NCBI GenBank assembly: GCA_951406725.2
Contig: OX597821.1
Span: forward strand, 16,058,001-16,122,000
Direction: 5' to 3'
Length of the DNA stretch: 64,000 nt
Source: Octopus vulgaris
Taxonomy: Eukaryota
Below the pieces are notes generated by a model. That model worked only from the letters and a program-made list of their open reading frames with translations, did not search any database and had not been told where the DNA came from. The translations under genes were made by a program, and so were the position numbers. Of this stretch, positions 1 through 12,639 are shown piece after piece; positions within the stretch are counted from its first letter, which is position 1; each line of letters opens with the position of its first letter.

Positions 1-312
1 GGACTCAAAATGTTTTCATTCGAGAAAGTCTGTTCCGTTGCTGTCCAGGACTGACCAATACCTTGCAGGTGAGTTTGACAGAAGGACACAATGTGAAAAC
101 GTGTGATATACGTAAATGAGTGTCTGTGTATGTATTTCTTTACCACTGCATAGTTTGACCGCCGGTGTTGGTTTGTTTACCAAGCCATTCAGCAAAACAG
201 AAACAGAATAATTGCTATACGTCCAAACGAGTACTGGTGAGCGATTAACTCTGCTGTGGTGCCCAGCATGTACTTAATCCAATGATTGAAAGCACTGATA
301 TGTAAAAGAAAA
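1..312 (+). mobile_element. Old, diverged copy of SINE family A
   Basis: Degenerate matches to the family A body and tail (ggtgttggtttgtttac; ggtgcccagcatg; aatgattgaaa). Confidence 0.5.
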
Positions 313-689
313 TACATCGCGTATCATTATAGATGTACTCTGCTCTTTTTTCATGTGCTATACTTAAAAATATTAACTTCTATTCCTATAGTTCGGGCGG
401 TATACAAGAGACCAGCTTCTCAAATGTTTTTTGAAACACTTCCCGTGTGTTAGGACACAGAAATCTGTTAAAATGAAGTCAATTTTTGTATTTATTCCTA
501 CATCAAAATTTGGTTTTCACTTTAGCGTACGTCACGGTTTCCACGCACAGGATTTTCACCAAAAAACATCGGGGAATTATTTGCTTCCTAGTTATCTTTC
601 CTAGGGTTTTAGTGACACTGCTTAATGCAACTTTTCTGCCAACAGGTAAGACTAAGATTTTAAGATTACCCTGTATCTATATCTGACCA

Positions 690-850
690 GTGAGGGGAAG
701 CGGCTGAGCTCCCCTGTTGGAAGGTTATAATGGACACAGGTTCGGGTGACATATAGCTAGCTAGAGGCGATGACCTCTTGGAGCTAATCAGCGGCAGCTT
801 TAGTCTTATATTTATGGACTGCCATATTAGCTTGGCGATAACTGTTAATT
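690..850. repeat. Unclassified dispersed repeat (second copy at ~29907-30066)
   Basis: ggttataatggacaca...gctagctagaggcgatg(a/g)cctcttgga.ctaatca.cggcagc is shared with the 29.9-kb copy. Confidence 0.7.
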
Positions 851-896
851 TCCAGTACCGCTGGCGTAGTCTCCTTTAGAGAGACTTAGAAATATT

Positions 897-901
<5 letters not shown>

Positions 902-981
<80 letters not shown>
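902..981. repeat. (TA)n microsatellite
   Basis: Pure TA run, one of dozens in the window. Confidence 0.95.
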
Positions 982-983
<2 letters not shown>

Positions 984-985
<2 letters not shown>

Positions 986-1180
986 TTACTTGTTTCAGTC
1001 ATTTGACTGCGGTCATACCGGAGCACTGCCTTTAGTCGAACAGACCGACCCCAGGACTTATTCTTTTTAAGTGTAATGCTTATTCTATCGGAATCTTTTC
1101 TCGAACCACCAAGTTACGGAGGTGTAAACACACCAACATCGGTTGTCCAACGATGGTTGGGGTGACAAACACAAACACAC
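984..1180 (-). mobile_element. SINE family A, 3' half
   Basis: ttttacttgtttcagtcatttgactgcgg...caccaacatcggttgtc is the reverse complement of the family A tail. Confidence 0.85.
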
Positions 1181-1240
1181 ACTCACATACACGCATACAC
1201 ACACACACACACACACACACTATATATATATATATAACAT

Positions 1241-1736
1241 GTAGTTTTCTTGTGTGTTTAAATATACACTATTTTATATCGAAAATATGTTGTCTATTGA
1301 CTATTTATACTTGCTAGGTTACTGGTAGTAATATTTCTAAAAATATTCGCTATCCTATGTATGTATCTTACGAATATGATCTTAGCATTTTCAAAGAATC
1401 AGCTCGGCATTATCCATTAACTTCCGACTGAAACTGCGCTTGAGTGTTGAAATTTGAAAAATTATAACATATAATGATGACACGTGTTATTTGTCTCTGA
1501 ATTATAAGTTAGTTGTTAAGGCACGTTTACTGATGAGAATTCGCCTGGCAAATTATTTTATTTGCTAAAGAAATTTGAAACTTAGGTATAACCGCAAAAA
1601 ATAACAATTTTTAATTCCCTTTGAACATTGCTACTAATTGTGGTTTTGGTCGATTTGACTGATTCTTCTAGCGTGTAAACATTACCTGTTAAAGGTAGTT
1701 TTCTTTTGTGTTTAGTTGTACACTATTTTATATTGA
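1241..1736 (+). mobile_element. Non-coding HHR-bearing element with 42-bp terminal direct repeats (PLE pseudo-LTR / retrozyme-like)
   Basis: 1241-1282 matches 1695-1736 at 37/42 nt. Flanked by (TA)n, with an internal hammerhead at 1524-1594. Confidence 0.65.
1524..1594 (+). ncRNA. Type I hammerhead ribozyme motif
   Basis: cgttta-CTGATGA-gaatt..(tggcaaat/atttgcta)..aattt-GAAA-cttagg-TA-taaccg. Core intact, stem I 5/6 bp, near-palindromic stem III; predicted cut after 1588. Confidence 0.7.
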
Positions 1737-1757
1737 GTATATATATATATATATATA

Positions 1758-2010
1758 CTTTATTTAAAGCAGCAAAAAATTCAACAAAATCTGTTACCTT
1801 TTTTTTTTAAAGGTGTAGCGTTTGTAAGAGTCTAGATTGAATTGATATATCGGTTCCATTCTAGCAAAAACTGTCTGATCAACGGCAACGAGAAACTCAG
1901 ATTAACAGATTTTGTTGAATTTTCTGCTGCTTTAAATAAAGCATATTACTCTACCACTGGTATTTGAGTACTCTTCTTTCCAACTTGTTTCACATTTATG
2001 TGTTTACTCC

Positions 2011-2012
<2 letters not shown>
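1758..2012 (+). mobile_element. Fold-back pseudo-LTR element (family X) with degenerate HHR
   Basis: 39-bp inverted arms 1758-1796 and 1903-1941, plus a 3' tail 1942-2012. (TA)n on both sides. Same family as 43865-44037. Confidence 0.7.
1871..1908 (+). ncRNA. Degenerate minimal hammerhead (family X)
   Basis: ctgt-CTGATCA-acg gcaa cga-GAAA-ctc a gat-TA-acag. Three lesions relative to the consensus built with 43964-44001. Confidence 0.55.
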
Positions 2013-2098
<86 letters not shown>

Positions 2099-3913
2099 TG
2101 CATGTATAGCTATATATATATATAATATATAGTTTTAAATCATATAAGTTAAAATGGTTGATCTGAGTTTAGGGAATTGACCATCCTAAAAGATGTGAGA
2201 TGAAGGGAAGTAGTGAAATAAAAATTGTTTCGAGTAAGTGAATTATTTTTAGAAAATAATTTCATAGATTTAGTCTCCTGAAATTAACTTATGGGATAAA
2301 TTTCAAATTTACATTGTTTCAAAAGATACAGTGATGCATTTACCACGATTAGGCTTTGCTTGCAGGCACCGATGTTAAAATACAGTTTGCCATGATATAT
2401 CGAGACATTAACAGGATGTAAATTCTTATATCCTTGCTCACAGACTGAAGTGTACAGCTGAATATTTTAGATCACAGCGTTAGCTTTCAAAAGGTCGTAA
2501 TTTCGATGCAATTCCGTATGCTTTGAGAGCCGTGTAGACCCGAAGGTAGTTGATGCATCTCAATGTTTTAATTCCAGCTTCGTACGTTATGACTATTCAA
2601 AAATTAACTTGTATTAACAGTGCTCACCTCGTTTTAATATTACGGGTATTAGTAGCATATTCATAGAAATAAACATCAATTGTCAGTTCATTCAGCAAAC
2701 TGTTCTCCCTTTAACTGCAATATCTAAATATGCTGAGCAAAGTAATCCCTATATTAGGTGCAGTATTGACATTTCCGCATGGAAAAATGGAGATGAAAAT
2801 GTAGAGAATGTATTATCTATTTGCATAACGTTATTTTTTATCGTTTTATTTCTCGAATTTCTGAAATGAAACTCACAATAGTGGGCATCGACATATCTAA
2901 AATGTCAGGAGTTGGCAGTGTGACATTTATCCGAAAGTAGCAAAAAGCTACATAATTTCAAATTATCTCACATTTTCTGGTAACAAGAATCTTAAAGGTG
3001 ATGACAAATTTAACCCTTTTTCGAATCACCAGATCCATGCAGCAAGGGATATGAATTTGTCACGCGTTAATAATGTATGAGATACAGTTAACCACAGATA
3101 AATGACAGTCAATTGATCGTACGATTATCGTTCAGTGCAATTAAATTAATTACTAAATTTTAATAGAAAAATCGTGAAACCCATACTGTTGTTCATTATT
3201 ATATAGTTGAATTATAACAAACACTGTCAGAGAACATATTTATCTAGACGATATTTGTAAAAACATAATTGCCGGCAATATCACGAGATATATCTATACT
3301 TAACTATATCGTTTCGACTCGCATTTAAGGGATCAAAAAATCCAAAGGCAACAGATAAAGGAAAAGGAGACAGAAATATGTCTTACTGATAATCAAAAAA
3401 TTAAAGAAATTTAGCTTACAGTTTAAACTTTCTATTCATTCTGTCATATGTTTTTTGAAAATAGTCAGCCACTCGTTCTGGCTTCAAATTAGATGTTAAA
3501 GTGTTGTGGGTAAGCATCCAGTGGGATAGACATAGTTCTTCCTAATATTCAGATAAAACGGCAGCTAAAAAAAATATCGTGCTTGAACTACTTCAGTCAG
3601 CAAAGAAAGTGATGATGGAATTGTGACGTAATAATAATGTGTTTCAATTATGTATGACATAACTAGAAAAAGAGCTTGCAAAAGCTTTGAAAAATATTAA
3701 AATCTTTTATTATTATCTGTGTTTAATTATTTGTCTGCGACCAGGCTGCGTATCACTTTCAGAAGCATTTTGTCCATAATACTACACCCATTAATTATTC
3801 GAATATTCCGTATATTTCACCAATTTATAATTTTGAATGTGTTTATAATATTTAGCATAATATTGGTGCAACATTTCTTGCTTCAGCGAAACAAACACAA
3901 GAACAGAGATATA

Positions 3914-4141
3914 TATTTCTTTATTGCCCACAAGAGGCTAAACATAGAGGGGACAAACAAGGACAGACAAATGGATTAAATCGATTACATCGACTCCAGT
4001 GCGTAACTGCTACTTAATTTATCGACCTCGAAAGGATGAAAGGCAAAGTCGACCTCGGCGGAATATGAACTCACAACGTAACGACAGACGAAATACGGCT
4101 ACGCATTTCGCCCAGCCTGCTAACGTTTCTGCCAGCTCGCC
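3914..4141 (-). mobile_element. SINE family B (Meta/MESC-like central domain), full copy with TSD
   Basis: Reverse complement of ggcgagctggcagaaacgttagc...gcctttcatcctttcg.ggtcgataaattaag...gggcaataaagaaata. 13-bp direct repeat gaacagagatata at 3901-3913 and 4142-4154. Confidence 0.9.
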
Positions 4142-4309
4142 GAACAGAGATATAGATGCTCACACATAACCATACCTATAGATACGCACAGAAAATGAAA
4201 GGTTCATTTACCACTGCGGATTTGAAATCAATACGTTGGAAATCAAAACGAATAGCATAATCCAAATGTTTAACGGCCCGTCACTTCGAACTCGCACGAT
4301 CACACACGT

Positions 4310-4465
4310 GGTAACGAGCTGGAATCGTTAGTGCCTCGGAAAAATATGTTGCCTTATTTGTTCAGGTTATAAGTTCAAATGTTACTGAAGTCAATTTTGC
4401 CTACCATCCTTTCGGAGCTGATGAAATAAAGTACCAGTTACGTACTGCTATCTATGGTATCGTCT
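4310..4465 (+). mobile_element. Old SINE family B copy
   Basis: gagctggaatcgttag...agttcaaat...gcctaccatcctttcgg...aagtaccagttacg. Confidence 0.6.
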
Positions 4466-6252
4466 AGCCTCTCACTTACAAAAATGTTTGTATTTATATA
4501 AGAAAGCAAATGATACCCACAAACACAAAAACAAATGCGCGCGCACGCACACACAGACACAGACACACACACATACGCCACACAAACAAATGCACAGACA
4601 GAACGTGCTCTTGTAGATATACTGTTTAGCAAACTAAATTCTCATGGTGTGACCAAAACAATAGAAGATTCCCAGTTTGCCCCTTAGTTGAAATAAATGT
4701 GGAACTATTATGTTGCGAAATGAAAACCTTAATTGTACATTAAAGCATAAAACATATTTTTATATACATCTGGGAAAAACACAATTCTATTCCAGCCACA
4801 CATGAACGAAGGTTAGATTAGCCAACATTTTTTCCACGAAAAATATTTGTGGAAATGAATTAATCTAAATGATTTAACTTTCATTATTATTAGGTGGTAA
4901 ATTTAAACCCAGTAATATATCCATCGTCAATGACATGGACTACAGTTAATTATCTCTAAACGCTTCTTACAAAAATGTTTCTGGTTTTAGTCGCCGTTTA
5001 GAAAAGCGAAATAGAAGGAATTTACAGAAATTCTGAGAATGTTTTTATTGAATGAATATAATTGTAAGATTACACTTTATTATTGATTTTAGAACAGGTC
5101 TAGATTAAATAAAAATGTTTGAATTATATTTTCAAAGTTATAGTTTGTATTCTACATAAATCGATTCATTATCAAGTAAGCAAAGAAGAAGTGCTATTTT
5201 CAGACAAGGAGTTGTATCATTCATCAAACTCACTTTGCACTACTCTGCGTTACTTCATCATAAAACTAAAAGATATATTTATTCTCAGATAATGCAAACT
5301 GTTAAACGGACTTCCGTCTAGCCAGTGTTATTGATAGGATAATGACATTTCTTTTATATTTTGACTGTCTATTTATGGGTTAGACATATCTAAGAATCAC
5401 TTTGCAATGATATATATATTCTATAATAGGACTTAAAAGGAAATTATTATCACTGTTTATCTTCTGTAGGAAATGCCCTCAAAATTTCCGACATAGCAAA
5501 AGGTAATAGTAAGGCCATTATATGGTGAAGAATACCAGCGACGTAATTCATGGTCTAGCATTAAAATTTAGTACTGGTGATGTAATCCTATTTTCATTCA
5601 TGGTCAATGAACTCTTACTGCATGTGTAAATACGATCAATTTGCTTCCGTATAGTGTATATATACACACGTACGGAAATACATATATAATATATACAGAT
5701 GTTGTATATATATATATATATACAAACACACACACACAGGCACACACACTCGCACACACATACGCACACAGATATATATATGTACAGAGAAATGACAGAA
5801 ATAGTCACTCTCATAATAATTAAAATTACTTTGAGTCTGAAATTATGCATTCAAATTATTTATAAATTGTTATAATGTGAATATTTAATGTTTAGTAGAC
5901 ATGTCCTTTGCATTTTTCTACCCGATGTTTCTACCTTTAAAAATAAGGGGTTACAACCTTTTTGCTTGTGAGATTTTTTGTTACCCTGGTAACTATTTAT
6001 CTATTTTTCCGTCTTAATTGTTAACAAAGGAGAAATACACACATATATTTATATATATATTGTTCAATTAAATGGAGCTGCATGAAACGATCGTACTGCA
6101 TTATCCCTTGTTGCTTATTTTGATTTTAATCACCTTACTTTGTAATTGTTTTCTACTTGTTCTCTCGTTTGCGTATTGAACTCATTTGTTTTCGTATTTC
6201 ATGTTGTTTACTGTTGGTGACGTCCTAAAGAAACATTCTATCTAAAACAAAG

Positions 6253-6330
<78 letters not shown>

Positions 6331-7574
6331 GAGCAAAACACCCATAGTCCAATAGACGGTGCTGAATTGTCAAACATTTAAATCAAATTTTCTCAAAACA
6401 ACTTTTCTGATCGTCCCATAGACCTCCCCTTTGAGAAACACTGATTTAACTTAAATTTGAGACACCAGCAAAAGAAGAAATAAAGATAGACTTTTTTCTA
6501 TTCCAAAGAAAAACGATTTTATTTACACAAATATGCAACCGAAGTGTTTAATGTACCAGTAATGATAAGGTTGTTGACTAGGAGAACACATTAAGCTTGG
6601 CAGGAAAGAAACGTGCCTTTAAGCAGTACAAAAACAACAAAAGATGGAAGGTGCAGTTATGTACCGGTTGACGGAAGAAAAGCAGAACAAAAATGGCTTT
6701 ATCGATCGTATTCTAACCTGGAATCGATTTTTGTAATTTTTTCAAAACTTATACACGTCTTGATACCGTCAGTATCTACATATAAAATTTGAGCGCAAAA
6801 GGATGGATGATGCCCGAGATACCAGAAGACACACATAGACAGAACGGATTTTATATAACAGATATTATATCCAGTACAAACAGATGGTGAGCACTCAGAA
6901 CAACTATATATGAAATCGATTCACAAAAACGAGAAATTCTAAATTTCACTCCTAAGCTATTAGCGTGGTGTTCTGGGTACACACATACACGAACACACAC
7001 ACACACATACACATTGTATGCTGAGCGCAAATAATTCAGCCCTGTCCCACTCATAATTGTCATATATTCTATGAAGATTATGAACGTTGTTTTCCAAAAT
7101 GCCTAAAATGTAAATAAAATTACACACTTATATTAGGTCCAATATTTGAACTTACATTTACAGAGAAACTAAATACATTATAAGTAGGGTAAGGAAAAAA
7201 TCCTCAAATTTTATTTATATTTTTAATTTAATTATTTCTGACACCTATTTTAACAGTGGATTCCCTCTCCTTTTGTATGATTCAGTAATTATTAAGCATA
7301 ATTTAAATAAGATGTGGTGTTCATTTCATCAGACGAAAAGGTTAGCACAGACAAATACAAAGATCGTTACAAAATATATGATCGAAACGATATATATATA
7401 TATGTATATATAACTAATATAGGATAAGACGTTTTTCGAAAGAAAAAAAAATTATCAATGGCCAGCATATCAAAAAATACCTTTAAAGGTTAAATTATAA
7501 ATATAACATATATATATATACATATATATATAGAAACATACTTATATATAAATATGTGTGTGTGTGTGTGTGTA

Positions 7575-7806
7575 TTCTTTTACTATTTTATGTGTTTCTG
7601 TCATTTAACTGCGATCATGATATAACATAACTTTAAAGGATTTTAATCGAACAAATCGCCCCTAGGACTTGTTTTTTAAGCCTTGTACTTATTCTATTTA
7701 TTTTGCTTTGCCGAAACGCAAAGTTACGAGGATATCAGCACACCAACACCGGTTGTCAAGTGGTAATGGGAGGTAAACATTGACACATACATATATAGAT
7801 GCACAA

Positions 7807-7874
<68 letters not shown>

Positions 7875-8030
7875 GACGGGCTTCTTTCAGTTTCCTTCTA
7901 CCAAATCTACTCACAGGGTTTTGGTTTGCCCCTGGCTATATTAGAAGACACTTACCCAAGTTGCAGCGCAGTGGGAATGAACCTGCAATCGTGGTACGGA
8001 AGCAATGTTCTTTTCACGCATCCACACCTG
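7575..8030 (-). mobile_element. SINE family A with internal microsatellite
   Basis: Tail, internal (CA)/(TA) tract and head (acgacgggcttctttcagtttcc...agaagacacttaccc) are all recognisable. Confidence 0.85.
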
Positions 8031-9459
8031 CAACTATACATATGTGTATAGTTGTATGTGTGTGCGTGTGTATGTGTGTATATATGTATACTACCATGAT
8101 CCTCTCTTTACCATTAGCTAATATTAATCCCATGAAATCTTACCTCACTTAAAATATTCGCTAAGTAGTTCTTCTTTTTAGCGACGCAGTATGACTCACA
8201 TATCACTCATTATAACAAATATGGTACTTTGACTAAATGTTAGGGGCAGGAGTAATTTAAATGAGCTTTGATATGTATTGTGGTCATATCTAACGCTTAG
8301 GCTAATGTGATATTCAGCATATGACATGAATTCTTTTATCGTAACGTTCTGTTACTTTTTAACAATGCTTGTTATATATGCCGGCATACTATCTTCGCTT
8401 GTATGTGTGAGAAATGTATTTGTTGTTTTGTAAATGGTATAATAAACGTGAGGATAATAGAAACTTGAGAAAAGAAATTGAAATATCCAAGTGATTTACA
8501 TGACATTATGCACACAAAAGAATATATTTTCGGCGATGAAAATGCATTTAGCTTTTGAATTAACATGATAATATGCCAGAAATACTATATCGATAAACTT
8601 CATGTAATTAATTCATCTTGAAAAACCAGTGATTGATTTTATTGTTCAATTTCTAAATAATCCGTAAACTAATTCAAACTATTGTTCTCTTTTCATATTC
8701 ACCGGCATGTTTTGAAGTATTTTAACTTTCTACAAAATGATGATATAATACTGTTATTTATAATGTGTTATTTATCAAGGAATATTATAGAAGTCGAAAA
8801 TGGTAGCATTTACATTCCTACAGTAATTAGATTTAATGTGCTCCTTGTTTTGAAATTATATTTCATTTTCAGTTACATAAATAACATTCTTATAGATATT
8901 TACAAATTTTTAGCCAATTTCATATTTTTCTCAAATAGTTTCATACTTCATTCTGATTGAGAATTTATTAGTGGATTTTAGTTAGATTAGATGACTGTGT
9001 TGAAAGACAGTTTACTTCTCCATAGTACATTATAATCTCAGGGTGGAATTTTAACTAAGAAGTAATGATCGATGGGTCATTCTAAATTTTAAATATAGAA
9101 TATGTAAACAGCGCAGCAAAACAAAAATCTATTGACGCCCACAAGAAGCGGGTTGTAGATAAATCTAATATAGAGGCATAAGAGAGGAATAAATATGACA
9201 GCCATTCAACACACACACACCAAAAATAGACAGGCATTCAACACACACTCACATACACACAATATTATATATTGTACACAACGATGGAAATCTTGATACA
9301 AAAATACAGCTGCGAATTCAAAGGGTAGCAAAAGCATTGGTGCCTTGGAGTCACGCGTTTGGTGCCAGCGACATATAAATAAGAATGAAAAGCTGTTTCT
9401 TTACACATCATTTGTCTTACTATTCCTGTTGTATTCTTGTGAAACATGGACTTGTTATG

Positions 9460-10264
9460 AAAGGGATTTTAATTAGTTAGAACAATTCCACCAAAAATGC
9501 CTTCTTCGTATTTTAAATATTAAATGGAGTTCTTTTACTCAAAACACAGATGTCCTTGTATCTGCGAGCATCAACTCAATTAGAGCTATGATTTTGAGGA
9601 ACCAAAGATGGTGCGGCATATTTTTCGAATGGCAGATGAACGGATGCCGAAACAGCTGTTTTGTGGTGAAGTAGCAGAAGGGAAACGCTATCGGCGTAAA
9701 CCTAAACATAAGGACTACTCTGGAGTCACTTGGAATGGATCCAGAAGACGTAGAAACCCTTTCTTTGGATTGAACTGCATGGCGAACAAAAGTGTGGAGT
9801 GGAATTAAAGTGTTTGAAGAGGCCAGGATAACGCATGTAAGACTCAAAAGAGATCTAAGGAAGAATGTTACGCTCGCGAAGGTGAATGACAATGATCTTT
9901 TTGTGTGCACAGTTTGCGACAGACCATGCTTTTCTTTTGCTGGGCTCAAATATCATTTGCGAACACATGGAAAACGGACTTCCACCAACTCTTCTGCCTA
10001 TATGTCTGTGCACACCTTTGAATGCTGTGTATGCCTAAAGGTTTGCAAATCTAACGGAGGGCTCAAAATAAATTTTAAGATCCACAAAGATCAGAACTAA
10101 TCTGGAGCACTTGATGGTCCAAATTAGATGTGCAATCTATGTGGGTGTCTTTTCAGTATATTGACTGTTTTAAAAAGCCACATTACATGCCATGATGGTT
10201 CTAAAGTTCTAAGGTGTAGGTAGTGGAAGGTGGTCAAAACTACATAAGGAGTAGACAACCACCA
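9460..10264 (+). mobile_element. RTE-clade LINE 3' remnant (post-RT region and C2H2 fingers), frameshifted
   Basis: Translates to FHQKCLLRILNIKW..NTDVL, RWCG/HIFRMADERMPKQLFCGEV.EGKR, then CTVCDRPCFSFAGLKYHLRTH. These are typical RTE C-terminal motifs. Confidence 0.85.
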
Positions 10265-11016
10265 TATATATTTGTGTGTGTGTGTGTATGTGTATATATA
10301 TATATATAAGTGTGTGTGTAGTGTGTGTGTGTGTGTGTGTGTGTGTGCATACACATATATTAATTACCTGAAATGCTTCATTTCACTGATCTCTTCATTG
10401 TGATATGTCGAGTCAAAATTCATTTGTAATAATGAAGTGAAATAGGGCTTACGTATTATACGACGCGACAAAAATGAAAATACTTATCTAAATTCGAAGC
10501 GTTTAAGTCAAGAAAAGTCGATAAGATAATTTTGTCCCAAACTCAAAATGCAGATGAATGAGCCTTACAAAAAACAATTAGCATTAGACACCAATCTAAA
10601 CTTTAAAATAAATAGTCTAAATAATCTTTGACAATGAAATAACAAAAATATTGTCAGTAGCTGGGGTTTGTTTTTTCCTATTCGACAATGTGTGGGTTTT
10701 CATTATATTTTGAAGCCGTCATTCACCAGTGCTGAAGAAATTGTTACATATACGTTACGAAAAGTAACAATATAAATAATAGTCAGCAAGACTTTAAAAA
10801 ATGCTCTATCAAAACTTGAGAACGCTTGTGAATAAAGCTGGTGATGCAAATTAGAAGCATGTATTATACAATCCTAAAATATAATCAAAGATTGAATGTT
10901 TCATTATTATCATGATAATCCTACCAGATTCATCTTTCCAAAATGTGTACGTTCCTTTTAAATCGCACCAACGTCAATTTAGTCTTTCATCCTTTAGAAG
11001 TCGATAAAAAACATTA

Positions 11017-11242
11017 CAGTAATCCCACGCCATATCGCGATTCACCTATCCTAGACTATTATTTAAGCTTACGACGATTCCTCTGTTGTGTTGTTTTGCA
11101 TTTATGATAAAATAAATATATCGAAATTATAAAAATAATTTTTTTAAATATATACAATACTGTACTGCTTCTAATTCGCGGATTTTCACCTATCGCGGGG
11201 GTATTTTGGAACATAACACCCGCGATAGCCGACGGATTTCTA
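11017..11242. mobile_element. Tigger/pogo-like MITE
   Basis: Imperfect TIRs cagtaatcccacgccatatcgcg / cgcgatagccgacggatttcta with flanking TA. Interrupts an old family B SINE remnant. Confidence 0.6.
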
Positions 11243-12639
11243 TAATCAATTATTGTTGTCGGCGTAACTGACTTGCCTGCCTTACCTCAAATCTGCTATG
11301 TGCGAAGGAGAATTCGAATTACCATCATCGTGATATACTAATTGCTTTTGTTTTCTTTTTTCTAAGTTTTTGCTTCATTCTTTTGTGAATCGCTTTATAT
11401 TTTATTGTTATTTTCATTATTCCGAGAAAGTCCTCATAACATATTCACTTAAAACCATTATGTTCTAGTCACGTAACTAATAAATATCGTATTTCCTCTT
11501 ATTGATATACACCCTTTCCTTCAATTCAATAAACAAAAAAAATTACAAATAGCCCCTTCATTTACAGTTAACTTCCTTAACCAGATCTTAATTATTTCCC
11601 ATTTCATTTGAATTTTCTTCCTCATTCAAGTATTCTTTCTTTCATAGCACATATCTTTCCACTTCTATTAACATTTCATTCAACTTTCAAAAGAGCATTT
11701 TTCGAAAACATTGCCTTGCTTTCATTTAGATTAAAAAGTTCAGTTAATATTTTTCTATTGATAGTATTCGTTTTGACGTTCAATTAATATTTCTTTCATT
11801 GCACAGATATTCCTTGTTTAATACCTTTCATTATATGGTGTCACTATATTTCTACAGTCCAAGATGAAAATAACATGATATATGCTAAATTCATATAGTA
11901 ACTGAATACTCAATAGACTGTATTTCGCAAATATCAAGGAGTAAATATAATAGAATCATTCAGGTACTTTAATTTACTTTAGTGTCCTGTTCTAAGAATG
12001 GTAATTCCTTATTACATACGCTAGACTATATACAGAACCGCAGGATCAGTTCCATGTCTGCAACAAATGTGAACCGAATATCTACGTATACGCACATTCT
12101 TTAATCAATTGCAGGTGTCTATGATTTCCATATTTGCCGTTGCTTTTCTTGTTTCATCTCGTTCAAAGTGGTTCAATACATTCAATCGTTTTCAACACAA
12201 GTTTTGCAAAAGATCACGTAAGCTAGATCAATATCACTTCTTGAATGATAATACTATATTTTCTTTTTTCTTCTTTTTTTTACAATCGGTTATATTTCCG
12301 AAATGATCGAAACTGAAGCTGTTACTCAAGAAGTACATTAATTCATTGATCATCAGAAATAATACCAATTTGTGAATGGGGAATAGCGAAGTGTGGGGTT
12401 ATGCAGTAAAATTCAACACTAGAAATACATAGCTAACTAATATTTTAACTGCAGCTCAATCTTCCTACATATTGCTTCATAGACGTTCAAGATATTAGTT
12501 GTTATTACAATTTTCTCCACTTGTACTATCTTCATTTTCCTGTTTGAAGTATCAAAGCATTTGTCGTTTACTATCAAGCAGTACTAATTTAATTGTCTCC
12601 AATACAAGTCGTGAAAGAAGTCAATAAAATAATGTCTAC

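Noticed and set aside
6084-6100. GAAA-cgatcg-TA-ctgca, resembling a hammerhead 3' half
   Set aside because: No CTGANGA half or stem I partner upstream; at best a truncated relic.
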